Shown: positions 38,741-51,597 of the stretch, one piece after another
Numbering within the stretch: position 1 is the stretch's first letter
Layout: each line of letters opens with the position of its first letter
Source of the DNA: Felis catus
Taxonomy: Eukaryota
Reading direction: 5' to 3'
Length of the DNA: 64,000 nt
Assembly: GCF_018350175.1 (NCBI RefSeq)
Contig: NC_058368.1
Coordinates: 159,218,001-159,282,000, forward strand
Program-made: the position numbers and the translations under genes
Notes under the pieces: generated by a model
The model's database searches: none
What the model was told of the DNA's origin: nothing
Seen by the model: only the letters and a program-made list of their open reading frames with translations

Positions 38741-40484
38741 ACTATTTTTCTTTTAATGTATGTAAGCTCTGAGAAACTTTGTTCACAGAAATGCATTGGT
38801 GAGAATTAAAGGAATAATAGCAATGTCTGCATTATTCAACCTCCTTTCAATCATTTGCTTAAACCACCTAGTGATCTGTCGTCAAAACTATTTAATATGT
38901 TATCAGACGGTAGCTCACTAATGTGTTCTTTTAAATTTTGTTGAATTCAAATAATTGGAAACCTCTGAACTGAAAAATATTTATTATTTCTTATCCATTA
39001 ATCAGAATCATTTAGTTTTTTCAAAATCAAAAGCTACATTGTGAAAATCATTGCTATTTTTTCTTATTCTGGAGTTTTTATCACCCAGAATGATGTAAGA
39101 TAGTAAAATCTAAGAGGCAGGAAATATGATCTAAGTCAGAAAAGAAAAGAAATATGAATGGAAGTTGGGAAATGGAGAAAAACTAAACTACATCTTCCTT
39201 CTTGGGCAGATAAGTTTTGGCTATGTGTACATAAGAGAGTCGAAGATTTTAAAAACATATTCCTTTAAAATATTCCTTTTTGCATACTCTTTGTGAATTC
39301 TTCATGTACCCACATGTATACATATCCCATCCAATTTTGAAGACTATAACTGTTTGCTATTTCAGCATGTATTTTCATACAACAAATGCTATATCTTTAT
39401 TTTCTTCTTATTAACATACATAAATTTTAGAAGTATTGCTTTAGAGAAAACGATGGTCTCTTCTACTTAAATTATTAAGAATAACTCCTGGGGCTTGCTG
39501 AATATGTGTAGATAGTAAATACTTGTGGATTGAGTTTAAAAAGTTATCAAGAATAAATATAGTGCATAAACACTTAGTTCAAATTTGGTCAGCTTGATGT
39601 TTCTTCTAAGGGAGTAGGATCTTAGCCCAAATAGGAAACATCTACTTAGTTCAGCTGCCTTTATATAACTGTAGCAGGTCAGTAAGAGAGACTTTTCCTG
39701 CTGTTTCCTGGCTAGCGCTGAAAGCAAAGTACAATGGGTGTTAAGTGCCCACACATTTTACAGAGGTGCTAGACCTTCTGTGTAGAATTTGTTGGAAAGT
39801 GGCCCAAATTGGTTTTGCAACACTTAACCCATCACCAAGTCCAGCTTATATATAAGAGGAGGCCTGGTAAACTAATGAGTCAGGACCAGTGAATAGGATT
39901 TCCTTGAGGAAAATTTTGGAGGGCTGTGCTTTTCCTCTCTCGTTTCTTGGGGGAGATGGGGAGGATGTGCTCCTTTTCAAGTTAAGCCATGTGAATAGGC
40001 TTCAAGGAACCATCTAAAAATCATAAAAGTATAGAAACTCATACCTGACTCTCACTGGAAAAGAAATAGTCTGGATGATATTATCTGGGAAGCAGAACAT
40101 AGAGAGAGGGCTCCATAGGGGATGGTTCTTATTTCCAGTGTTTGGTGGAAAATATATGAGTTTTCCCTTAGATTAAGAGGATGTTGAGTAATTTAGCCAA
40201 GCTTGAGCCAGGATGGCATGACCCAAAGAAGAATAGACTATGTGGGACATTAGCAAGAAGAGGTTAGCTGAAGAGAAACTTAAGAATCAGTATAGCACCT
40301 CTGTGAAGAGTATCGAAGTGGAAGATATTAGAAGAACTTTCGAGAGACAGTCAGTATTTAGGCATTAACCATCAAGAGGGTTACAATTTTCAGATTAAAA
40401 TAGTATCAGTCAATTTAAGTCCTTTGCACATGTTTTAGTTGTTTGTTTTTTTTTTCTCTAGTGAGAGGTATAAGTTTCTTATGT

Positions 40485-41125
40485 ATTTTTCCAAAGTGGC
40501 CATCAAATACATGAGAAGGTGCTCAACATCATCAATCATCAGGGAAATAGATTCAAAACCATAATGAGGTATCACCTTACACCTGTGAAGATGGCTAATA
40601 TCAAATGGACAAGAGATAACAAATGTTGGTGAGGATGTTGAGAAAAGGGAACCCTTGTATGGTGTGCAGTGCATATTGGTACAGCCATTATGGAAAACAG
40701 TATGGAGGCTCCTCCAAAAATTAACAGTAGAACTACCATATGATCCACCAATTCTTCTTCTGAGTGTATATCCAAAGGAAACAAAATCAATAGCTTAAAA
40801 AAATATGCCCTCTTATTCTCATTGCTGCGTTATTTGCAATAGCCAAGACACAGAAACAACTTATATGTCCATTTATGAACAAATGAATCAAGAGAAGATG
40901 ATACACACAGACATGCATACGGGCAATGGAATATTATGAAGCCATAAATGAGAAGGAAATCTTAACATTTATGGTAACATGAATGAACCTAGCAGGCATT
41001 ATGCTAAGTGAAATAAGCTAGACAGAGAAAGACACATACTATACTATGTGGTATCACTTATGTGTGACTTCTGAAAAAATTGAACTTATAAAAACAGAGA
41101 ATAGAATGGTGGGTACCAGGGCCTG
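40485..41125 (+). mobile_element. L1MA-like ORF2 end / 3'UTR fragment
   Basis: ATGAGAAGGTGCTCAACATC...CAGCCATTATGGAAAACAGTATGGAGG...ATTATGCTAAGTGAAATAAGC. Confidence 0.9.
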
Positions 41126-42893
41126 CTGCCGATGTTTCCCCACGGTAGTTGGTAAATGCCAGTAGTTAAAAATATAACATAGACTTGATACATGAGAAGA
41201 TTAAACAAATACTTTCTTCTAGTCCAATGCTGTTAAGTATTAGTGTAAAAAGAGTATTTTTTTCTCTTGATATCATAGTGGGTTTTTTTTTTTTTTTTGT
41301 TTTCTTCAGGTTTTAAAGGAACAGCAAGATAAAGTTGCTGATTTTCAGAGATATTTTCAGCTTCAGATTTCTATCATAAAAATGAGAAAGCAGAAGTGGA
41401 CAATCAATCAGAAGATGCTGCTGAGGTAGGAAACCCACAATAGGAATAAAATGTAGAGAACACCTTAGAAGGGGGAAGTGATGAACATGCACGAGAAGGC
41501 AGGTACTTAGCTCCTTCTGTGGTCAAAACAGATATAATTAAATGGTGTAAGCATAGGTTCCAGTTGATACTGGATGGACTTGCAAATCTTTCCTAATAAC
41601 ACAATAGTAGCATCTACTGCCAAAGCATGGGTATTATGAATAATCTAAAGAGAAACATGGTCATATTAAGCCTCAGAAAGGTAAAATAACTTGAACAAAC
41701 AGAAAGTTGCAGAATGAAGAATCAAACTCAGATGTTAGACTCCAAACAGCATTTTCTTAGCCTCAATACTAGATCACTCTATCTCTTGGATTGAAGTGTA
41801 TAAGTCATTATATCTTTCTAGAGTCTATACTTATTTTTACTGTCATCCTAATTTATTTTATTTCTTAACTACATATTCCTTGAAACAGATCAAAAACAGA
41901 TGGTAAAAAGTCTGTTTTCTTCTAGATGTGTCTTTTTTATTATTATTAAAGTGTATCCCATCCTCTAGATTGCCTGGTCTTAAAATCCATGTGGTTAATT
42001 TAATTCTAGTAACTACTGTATCAATTGAGAGATAAAATATTTATAAAATTGGTTGCTTAGAATGAAAAAGTCCTCACGAAACTAAAGGTAATCATACATC
42101 TATCTATGATCAGTGTTAGGGCATTTTAGAAAATAAAGTGGCTGAAACACACAAAATAGAAGATAATATAAACTGAAATTGAAGGGAATACTAAACTTCT
42201 GAATTTTTGAAGTCAATTTATTATAGACTTTTAAAATTAAAACCTTAAAATATTCCTGTTTTTAGGCACTAAACATAATTGTGTATAACTTGTGTTTCTT
42301 TTAAAATGATAAATTGGGCATAATTAGAATTACTTAATATAGACATTATGACAGTGAGAAATGACTGAGAATCACATAAATCCAGATACCTTATATTTTC
42401 AAATAATACTTACCATAGAGCAAATGACTATATAAAAATAAGTTAATGAATACCATTTTTGAACTTAATTTCATAGTCATTAAGTGCAGGAGATATTTAT
42501 TCAGTTAAGACTTTGAGATGTGAAATGGTCCAGAGAAGATGAACAGGGTTTAACATGAAGCTAATGATTCCTCAGCTTGTTCAGACTTTATTCATTATTG
42601 ATCATGGAGTCTTCAAACCAAGATAGCATATACTTTTAATGTTTGAAATATAAAGCCAACCACAGAGTTTAAAAGCAGTGTTATTTATGTTGTTTTCCTC
42701 CTGTTCCAATTTTGTCTTTTTGAGATTGTGTTGTCACAAATTGGCATTTCAACTTGAATGTTTTCACTTTGCATTGTTAGAATATCTATGTATAATTTTT
42801 TTAAATCTTTTAAGGAAGTTCATAAAAGTTGTATATTCTTAGATAAGAAATCTATAAAAAAAAAAAGAGGAAAAAAACAAAAAACAAAAAACA

Positions 42894-43106
42894 GGGGCCC
42901 GGGTGTCTCAGTCAGTTTTGCGTCTGACTCTTGATCGGTTCAGGTTATGGTCTCACAATTTATGGGTTTGAGCCCTGCATTGGGCTCTGTGCTGACAGAG
43001 CAGAGCCTGCTTAGGATTCTTTCTCCCTCTCTCTGCCCTTCCCTCACTTGCTCTTTCTTTCTCTCTCTTTCAAAATAAATAAAGAAACTTAAAAAAAAAA
43101 GTAAAA
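42894..43106 (+). mobile_element. Can-SINE
   Basis: Head GGGGCCCGGGTGTCTCAGTCAG; AAGAAATCT repeated at 42845 and 43107. Confidence 0.92.
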
Positions 43107-43312
43107 AAGAAATCTGTGGGAAAAAAAAGCACTAAGCCTCTAAATGTTAATGTGAGCATAGAGAAAAAAAAAATCTCACTTTTTTTTTTTTTCTCTAATG
43201 CTTCCCTTAGAAATATATTGGTATTCCTGTGGTATAAGGTTTATTCCTAAGTTTCATTTTTCCTGCTCATATATACAATAAAATGATTAGTATTTTTAGA
43301 AGCCTGATTTTT

Positions 43313-43527
43313 TAATTTTTTTTTCAACGTTTTATTTATTTTTGGGACAGAGAGAGACAGAGCATGAACGGGGGAGGGGCAGAGAGAGAGGGAGACACAG
43401 AATCCAAACAGGCTCCAGGCTCTGAGCCATCAGCCCAGAGCCTGACGCGGGGCTCGAACTCACGGACCGTGAGATCGTGACCTGGCTGAAGTCGGACGCT
43501 TAACCGACTGCGCCACCCAGGCGCCCC
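43313..43527 (-). mobile_element. Young felid SINEC_Fc
   Basis: Near-consensus and CpG-rich; TSD TAGAAGCCTGATTTTT at 43297-43312 and 43528-43543. Confidence 0.97.
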
Positions 43528-46214
43528 TAGAAGCCTGATTTTTAATTAATATCCCTAAAGTCTCTCAATTGAGGTTTCCACTTTGTATATTGATATGATG
43601 GAATTCAGTCTTCTATAGCTGGTTGCTCTTCAAAGTGTTTCCACATTATAAAACTCTCCATCTAAGCACCAATCACTAGATTCTCATAGTTTAGAATTCA
43701 GTGATGTCCAAAAGGTTAACACTGTTACCAGGGCAAACAACCAAATTAGTGTCATACTGGGTTGTGGAAGAGAGGAAAGCTATTGGGACTAGGATTTTGA
43801 GGTCTTTTTATCAAATTCAGTGAAAAATCTGAGGGGAAAGAGGTAATTGAAATAGTGTATTCTGCGGCTGGCATGGAAAATGCTTGCCAAAAGTAAAGTA
43901 CCCTTCAGGTCCATTATGCTATCACAAGAGTGTCTTTGTATGAGCGTCCACTTAAAGTTCTGGTTGGCTTTCAATAAAAATTAAAGCAACACTTATTTTC
44001 ATAATATGTGATTTAAAATCATATTATTTAATTTAATATATCTTCATAGGGTGTTAAGAAACTTCATTTGAAGCATTTAATACCCATTAATCACCACTTT
44101 GAACATTATAAATGAATGTATGTGTCTGCGTATGCCATATATAAATATGATTAATCATTATGTGTGTGAACATATTCATATGTATAAAATTTTAATCATC
44201 TGTTCCTAGCCTCATATCATAGAGAACAATCTGTTCAAAGATTTTGGATCTTATGTAAGAATCTTTCAAACTAAGACATTCTATGTATTGCATCAATTTT
44301 CCCAGATGCTTTGCAACTACCTGAATAGATTGAAGGATTTAAGGGAAAAAATGTTCATTAGAAATAAAGATAGGGCAATATATACAGAGTCACCTATAGT
44401 TCTAACATGCCATGAACCAAATTTGTTCAAATAACTTGAATTATGATTATGGTATTTTGATTGTGTGTATGTCTGAGGAGTGCGTTGTTTCTTATCTTGC
44501 CTTAGGGAACATGAGTATTTATGATAAACCTACAGTAAGTTCAGATGAAGCAGAAAAGATAAATATTTTTCTTCATGGTATCTTAGGCCAGAAGAAGTAA
44601 AAGTATAATTGATTAAATACATAATCAAACATCCATAAGCAAATTAAATAACTACCTTTGCTATTCTGTACTTTATTCCAACCACTTTGTATGTATGTAT
44701 CTCATATGGTGGGAACATATTTGGCTAGTCATTACAAATAATTTTGGGGGGGCACAGATAATCTTTCTTCTTCTTCCATTCCTTTCTCCCTCCTTCCTCC
44801 TTTCTTTATGTTTAAAGAAATAGGCCACACAATTTTTTTGTATATGTGACTTTTTTTAATAATCTTTCATATATGTTCTTGAATTTTCCAAGGAAAATAC
44901 ATTTGCTTCATACGTGAAGGAGTGTATCAGTCTTAAACATAATCATATATCTGTTAAGCTAAGATCTTTTGTAATTTGTGCATGCTGGGAGGCAGTGCTT
45001 ACATATTTCAAACTGGAGATTGTTAAAAGTTACAGTTTGTGGAACTGTTATCACTGACACCATCTGGATAATGTTTGACAGTATAAAAAGTCTGAACACA
45101 TCCATCAGTTAAGGATATTTTCTCATTCCAGGAGGTTGGAATGAAATTCCATGTGGAAATGAGTGTATCTAAGGAAAGAACATTGTTCAAATTTGAAGGG
45201 GGACAACAGAAGGCGAGTGAAGTATGCAGGAGTTTTATGGGTATGAAATGAGGAATAGCTAATAAAATGATCCCTGCATGACTCTGCATGAGAGGAGAGT
45301 CAAGGAAGTTGAATGCTAAATTACCAAAGAAAATATTTCAAAGAAAATAACAGACTTAAATGAAGTCAGATTTTCTCATAATTTAGACTAGTAGCTTAGT
45401 GTTTTAAGGTCAGAACTGATTACTTTACTTGTGAAAGTCAGTTTTCAAACAAGCTAAGATAGCTTTCTGGGTCTCTGAGCTTGAATTAAATGTTCTTTGG
45501 GGGAACAATTTAAGGAAGAGCTTGAGAAAATGAGATAAGAATCTATTCTGCTGTTACCACTTTCCATATCTGCTAGTTGCATTTTTATCCCCTGTCAAAT
45601 TTGTCCCTAGAATAAGCCTGCAATTTCCATCTCCCAGTGCCACACTACAGAATCTTCAAGCACTTGGAAACTGGGTGGTTGGAGGAACTATTCATAGGGT
45701 GATTTATTTGTGAGGGTCTCTGAAATAACATCTCTATCTCTCTTCTCTTAAGTGAAAAGAAACACAGTCTTCATTTTTCCCCCCTGGCATACATTGTCTT
45801 TATATCCAAAATGGATATCAGTAGTCAAATTATATAATAGTTTCTCCAAAATAAGTAAGCCAGTCACCTTCACATTAACCAGTTTTCACAAACTTTTATT
45901 TTTTTTCTTAACCACCAAGAATCTCTTCTATTATTTCTCTTCACTTCATGAACTTTGGAATTTGAAAAAAAATCTATATACAGAATTTACTCACAATAAG
46001 TAGCAGCTCAGATACCATTATGTTTCCCCCCAGATAAGAATCATTTGGGTGGTAGTTCCTGGGCTTCTCTGGGAGTGAAAGGCATGTCTGTGGCTACCAC
46101 TTGTTTACTCAATAAATGTCCATTTTCTGAGTCAAGAAATCTTTGGAGATTCTAGTAGTGTCAAGGGCATTATAATAAAGTCAAGAGATGCTATGTACCC
46201 TTATAAAGAGTATA

Positions 46215-46430
46215 AAAACCTGCTTTTCTAACCTGGCTCTGCTCTAGCCATGTAACCATGGACCATTTATTTAACTTTTCTATGCCTCTCTTCCTCACCT
46301 GTGATAAAGGGAAAACAGTGGTACCCACATAAACTCACTATGGGGATTATGGGAATTATGGGGATTTCATATCTGTAAAACACTTAGAATGGTTCCTGGC
46401 ACGTGGTATTACTATAAAAGTGCTTACTCC
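46215..46430 (+). mobile_element. MIR
   Basis: TGCCTCTCTTCCTCACCTGTGA...TGTAAAACACTTAGAATGGTTCCTGGCACGTGGTA. Confidence 0.8.
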
Positions 46431-46550
46431 TTTTAATATATTAATTAGCCTATGAAGACTTACAACAGGTAAATCTATGACACCCATAAAGTTTTATTTC
46501 CTATAGCCATTAGATATTTTAAGAAAAGAAAAAGATGATTTCCTGAGACT

Positions 46551-47260
46551 AGCAGTCTCAAATCAGTAACCATAGTAGCATATATGTCCCTCAAGAGGAG
46601 GTGCTCAGGTTCTAGTCTGGGGCAAGTATCCTGCAGTCTCATTTGTACTCATTTTCACGTCCTTGTTCTTTGTAACATGTGTGTTTATACATAAACATTC
46701 AATAAATCTATTAGGTTTATATTCTATATACATATTATATATTTTATATATTTCTCTATACATTTTATATATTATATATTTATATATTCATAAATATATT
46801 TTATGTTATGAATATATAAAAATACTGTCTTATGTGGGGTTTTTTTTTGTCAAGTTAGCTAACATACAGTGTACTCTTGACTTTAGGAGTAGATTCCCAT
46901 GATTTGTCACATACAACTCCCAGTGCTCATCCCAGCAAGTGCCCTCCTCAATGCCCATCACCCATATTCCTTATCCCCCAACCCTCCACCCCCATCAAAA
47001 AGTTTGTTCTCTGTATTTAAGAGTCTCTTCTGGTTTGCCTCCCTCTCTGTTTGTATCTTATTTTTTCTTCCCTTCCCCTATGGTCATCTGTTAAGTTTCT
47101 CAAATTCCACATATGAGTGAAATCATATATCTGTCTTTCTCTGACTGACTTATTTCACTTAGCATAATACCCTCCAATTCCATCCATGTTGTTGCACGTA
47201 TTATGTACATTCATCTATCTGAAAAGGTTCGTGATTATAAAGGTTTATAATATATGCTGT
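46551..47260. mobile_element. Possible hAT-Charlie-like MITE, interrupted by an L1 3' fragment
   Basis: Ends AGCAGTCTCAAA... and ...AAAGGTTTATAATATATGCTG loosely resemble CAGTGGTTCTCAAA TIRs; AT-rich interior. Confidence 0.35.
46840..47197 (-). mobile_element. Carnivore L1 3' end (5'-truncated)
   Basis: GTCAAGTTAGCTAACATACAGTGTA...CCAGTGCTCATCCC...TTTCTCTGACTGACTTATTTCACTTAGCATAATACCCTC. Confidence 0.92.
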
Positions 47261-48565
47261 TTTAGTTATTTAACTTTTATCATTTGAACTCTTACCTTGT
47301 GCAACTTGCATCACTTAAAATTAACACTGGTTTGCTATATTTCTCAACACTGACTGCAGGAAGACTTGCCCCAAGCTAGAACTCGAGAAAAACATTTCTT
47401 TAATTAAACAATAGATAAGTAGTTAGTAAGAGAGACTGGAAAAAAAATTAGGAAAGATAAAAGTTATACAATAAGATAAACTGTAAGGATACTTAATTAA
47501 CTTTCACTCTTGATTTATATTGCATATTTGTAAAGTCCTCTGTAAATTCTAAGTGTAACGTAAATGAAAAATATTTTTATTATTTTACTAGTAATGTTTC
47601 CATGGTCACTGTAAAAAACCAAGTTACATCTGTAGAAAAGGAATCATTAATACAGGTTTCCAGATTTTAGCTGCCTTAGCCAAAAATTTTCTTTCCCAAG
47701 GCTGAGAATAGTAACTCTATGAAGCTGAGATCTAATAGCATTCGGTGCAGTGAGCCCATTCTTGGTTAAAATCAACCATTCAAGGTTGTGACAAAGGTTA
47801 GCAAAAACCAATCAGCTGGAATGGATAGCATTGTGTGCAATTGGATCATGGCATGGTATCTAAGGACACATCAACCAGAAGTGATTATGTCAAAACAAAA
47901 TTCTCTAAGTGAGAGCATTGGAGTCAGCACTTCGTAAAGGATAAACAGCTCAAAATGTGCCTGTGTAAGGACCTCTTGAATGCTGAAGGGTGGCTTTAAA
48001 ATGTTCGGTGGCTTAGTTAAATTATGTGTATTGAACATATGACACTTCCATGTCATTTGCCCTATCTGGATATAGTTCTTAACAATGTATTTCTTTGAGA
48101 TGCTCCAACAAGTTGGTTAACAAGTTTGTGATGTGCTGTCACAAACCCACTACTGAATTATATAAGGTCAGTTGTTAAGTTCACATTAAATATATGTAAG
48201 ACTCTCAAGGAATATGGTAGGGTTGGGAGCCAAGGGACTCAATATCATAGGGAAAAATTCTTAAACTACCTCCAGTGTCCTCTTTATCTTATATAGTAGT
48301 TGCATGCTCTCTGTTACCATCATTTTCATCTTTAATTATGCGCACACAGACCTCATGCAGTGTTGTTTAGTTGCATCACTTTCTCTTTAATTCAAAGCAT
48401 TTCTTTACTTCAGTCTTTTTTGACTGAGTGACAATGAAACACCAGCAAAATATTCCATTCAAGAAGGTACCTCTAAAGCCTTTTCAAAATAAAAGAATTC
48501 CCAGGATTTTTTTGAAATAATACATGTTTACCATATCATAGAGAATTTTTGTTTTAGCATTCTTT

Positions 48566-48736
48566 TTTTTTTTAACGTTTATTTATTTTTGAGACAGAGA
48601 GAGACAGAGCATGAACGGGGGAGGGTCAGAGAGAGGGAGACACAGAATCCGAAACAGGCTCCAGGCTCCGAGCTGTCAGCACAGAGCCCGACGCAGGGCT
48701 CGAACTCACGGACCGTGAGATCATGACCTGAGCCGA
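48566..48736 (-). mobile_element. 5'-truncated young SINEC_Fc
   Basis: Stops at ...CCTGAGCCGAAG, so the head is absent; TSD AGCATTCTTT at 48556-65 and 48737-46. Confidence 0.95.
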
Positions 48737-49674
48737 AGCATTCTTTATGTTAGTACACATTAAAATCTGCCTAAAAAGTGTGCTTAATTTCTAGTGGAAC
48801 TGTGTTTGAGTATAATGGGTTGCAAGTGGGAAATGACAGTATATTAAAATTTTTAATTTTGTATATATACCTGATTGGTAATTATTATATGATTATATAT
48901 TTTAAATGTGAAAACATTTGGCAGTTAATACATAGAAACACATCTTACCCAAGAATATCTAGTAAATGAGTGACAAAGATACCTTACCAGTAAGACATTT
49001 TTAAATGGAAATTTAATTTTCTGTGAAAGTGAGTACTTACAACTCAAACCTGACAAATAAATTCTCTAATGGAGAAGCAAAAGAGGAACCCAAGATGAAC
49101 TATCATCATTTTTAAATTTTTAATGGCTAACTTGTATATTTCCTAAATTTATGTTATTATGTTATCATATCCTGGTTTATCTGATCATTTACTCAAACAC
49201 TAAGATTGGAGTTTATCCTATAATAGTTAAAACACCTTGTGTGAGAATAAAAATATATATTTATTGTGTTAACAGCATTATCAAGAGCTAAAAGTGAAAT
49301 TCATTGGTCTAATTAACATTTAGTATTTTTGTAAGATCTAAAAATATTTTTATTCATTGTAAATATGTAAAATTGCTAATTTTTCTTATAAAAATAGTGC
49401 CTGATGCTCAGAACAAGCAAGTAAGAGAGTCTTGCCAATGAAGAACTGTTCTGGATTAATGTTAATCAGTCTTCACTCTTATAAATCTCAAAAACTATAT
49501 TGACCTTAGTTGATTTCAGATATAAGGTTCTTTGGTCTAGAGGGACTTTCAGTTGTAGTTATTAGCCTTAGAGCAGTGCTTCTCAAACTGTAAACTGCAA
49601 ATAAATTACCTGGAGATCTTACTCAAATGTGGGCTGATTAAGAATACCCAAGATGAAGCCAACATTGTGCATTT

Positions 49675-50386
49675 CTTTTTCATTTCATTTATTTCATTTC
49701 ATTTCATTTCATTTCATTTCATTTCATTTCATTTCATTTCATTTCATTTCATTTCATTTCATTTCATTTCATTCCAAGTTAGTTAACATACAGTGTAATA
49801 CTGGTTTCAGAAATAGCATTTAGTGATTCATCATGTACATATAACACTTAATGTTCATTCCAACAACTGCCCTCCTTAAAGCCTATCATCCATTTATCCC
49901 ATCCCCCACCTAACAACACCCACTTAGCAGCTCTCAGTTTGTTCTCTGTATTTAAGAGTCTCTTACAGCGGTGGCTCAGTAGGTTAAGTATCTGACTTTA
50001 GCTCAGGTCATGATCTTGCCATTTCTGAGTTCAGGCCCTGCATTAGGCTTTGTGCTGACAGTTTCAGAGCCTGAAGCCTGCTTCAGATTCTGTGTCTCCC
50101 TCTCTCCCTACCCCTCTACCACTCATATTCTCTCTCTCTCAAAAATAAATAAACCTTAAAAAAAAAAAGAGTCTCTTATGGATTGCCTCCTCCTGTTTTT
50201 ATCTTATCTTTGCTTCCCTTCCCCTATGTTCATCTGTTTTGTTTCTTAAATTCCAATTATGAGTGAAATCATATGATATTTTTCTTTCTCTGACTGACTT
50301 ATTTCTCTTAGTATGATACACTCTGGTACCATCTACATTGTTGTAAATGGCAAGATCTCATTCTTTTTGATCACTGAATAAAATTC

Positions 50387-50476
<90 letters not shown>

Positions 50477-50801
50477 ACACACATATACACATCTTCTTTA
50501 TTCATCAGTCAATGGACATTTGGGCTCTTTCCATACTTTGGCTATTGCTGATAGTGCTGCTATAAACATTAAAGGTGCATGTGCCCCTTTGAATCAGCAT
50601 TTTTGTATCCTTGGGATAAATACCTAGTAGCATAATTGCTGGGTGGTAGGATTATTCTAGTTTTAATTTTTTGAGGAACCTCCATACTATTTTCCAGAAC
50701 AGCTGCACCAGATTTTATTCCCACCAATAGTGCAAAAGTGTTCTTTATCCCCATCCTCACCAACATCTGTTGTTTTCTGAGTTGTTAATTATAGCCATTC
50801 T
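49675..50801 (-). mobile_element. Carnivore L1 3' end with (GAAAT)n tail, nested SINE and (GT)n(GA)n
   Basis: TSD AACATTGTGCATTT at 49661-74 and 50803-16; (ATTTC)n ~49681-49774; L1 motif TTTTTGAGGAACCTCCATACT. Confidence 0.93.
49966..50166 (+). mobile_element. Can-SINE nested in an L1 3'UTR
   Basis: TSD AAGAGTCTCTTA at 49954-65 and 50167-78. Confidence 0.95.
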
Positions 50802-50927
50802 AAACATTGTGCATTTTTAACCTGATTCAAGGTAATGCTGATGTAGCCTGCCCATATTCTATTCTTTGAGTCAAAAGATCCTAGTAAATTTCTTCTCAAA
50901 GGTTTGAAATGCCATCAGTATGATTTT

Positions 50928-51597
50928 TTTATATGAAATTTATTGTCAAATTGTTTTCCATACAATACCCAGTGCTCATCCCAACAGGTGCTCTCCTCAG
51001 TACCCATCACCCACCCTCCCCTCCTTCCCACTCCCCATCAACCCTCAGTTTGTTCTCAGTTTTTAAGAGTCTCTTATGTTTTGGCTCCCTCCCTCTCTAA
51101 CCTTTTTTTTTCTTTCCCCTCTCCTATGGTCTTCTGTTAAGTTTCTCAGGATACACATAAGAATGAAGACATATGGTATCTGTCTTTCTCTGTATGATTT
51201 ATTTCATTAGCATCACACTCTCCAGTTCCATCCATGTTGCTACAAAGGGCCATATTTCATTCTTTCTCATTGCCATGTAGTATTCCATTGTGTATATAAA
51301 CCACAATTTCTTTATCCTTTCAGTTGATGGACATTTAGGCTCTTTCCATAATTTGGTATGAATAGACACTTCTCTAAAGAAGACATCCAGATGGCCAACA
51401 GGATATGAAAAGATACTCAACGTTGCTCCTTATTAGGGAAATACAAATCCAAACCACACTCAGATACCACCTCATACCAGTCAGTGGCTAAAATGAACAA
51501 ATCGGGAGACTATAGATGCTGGCGAGGATGTGGAGAAACGGGAACCCTCTTGCACTGTTGGTGGGAATGCAAACTGGTGCAGCCGCTCTGGAAAACA
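50928..51597 (-). mobile_element. Felid L1 with 5' inversion (minus part ~50928-51357, plus part ~51358-51597)
   Basis: Antisense 3'UTR up to GGCTCTTTCCATAATTTGG, then sense ATGAATAGACACTTCTCTAAAGAAGACATCC...CTCTGGAAAACA; TSD CATCAGTAT(G/T)ATTTT at 50913-27 and 51596-610. Confidence 0.92.

Larger units (their letters stand above)
49574..50877. mobile_element. MER5A-like hAT MITE split by an L1 (parts ~49574-49674 and ~50803-50877)
   Basis: CAGTGCTTCTCAAACT...TTACCTGGAGATCTT...TGCATTT | AA...AGGTAATGCTGATG...CTTTGAGT. Confidence 0.7.

Noticed and set aside
39770..40430. Possible old LTR (purine-rich, TG...CA ends)
   Set aside because: I could not assign a family or TSD by eye; it needs a Dfam search.
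47296..47375. Minus-strand exon candidate (TTCTAG acceptor, AAG|GTAAG donor, one open frame)
   Set aside because: It overlaps the short inverted copy, the peptide is unrecognisable and there are no partner exons.
49681..49774. CRISPR-like or satellite array
   Set aside because: A simple pentamer repeat without spacers, located at an L1 tail.
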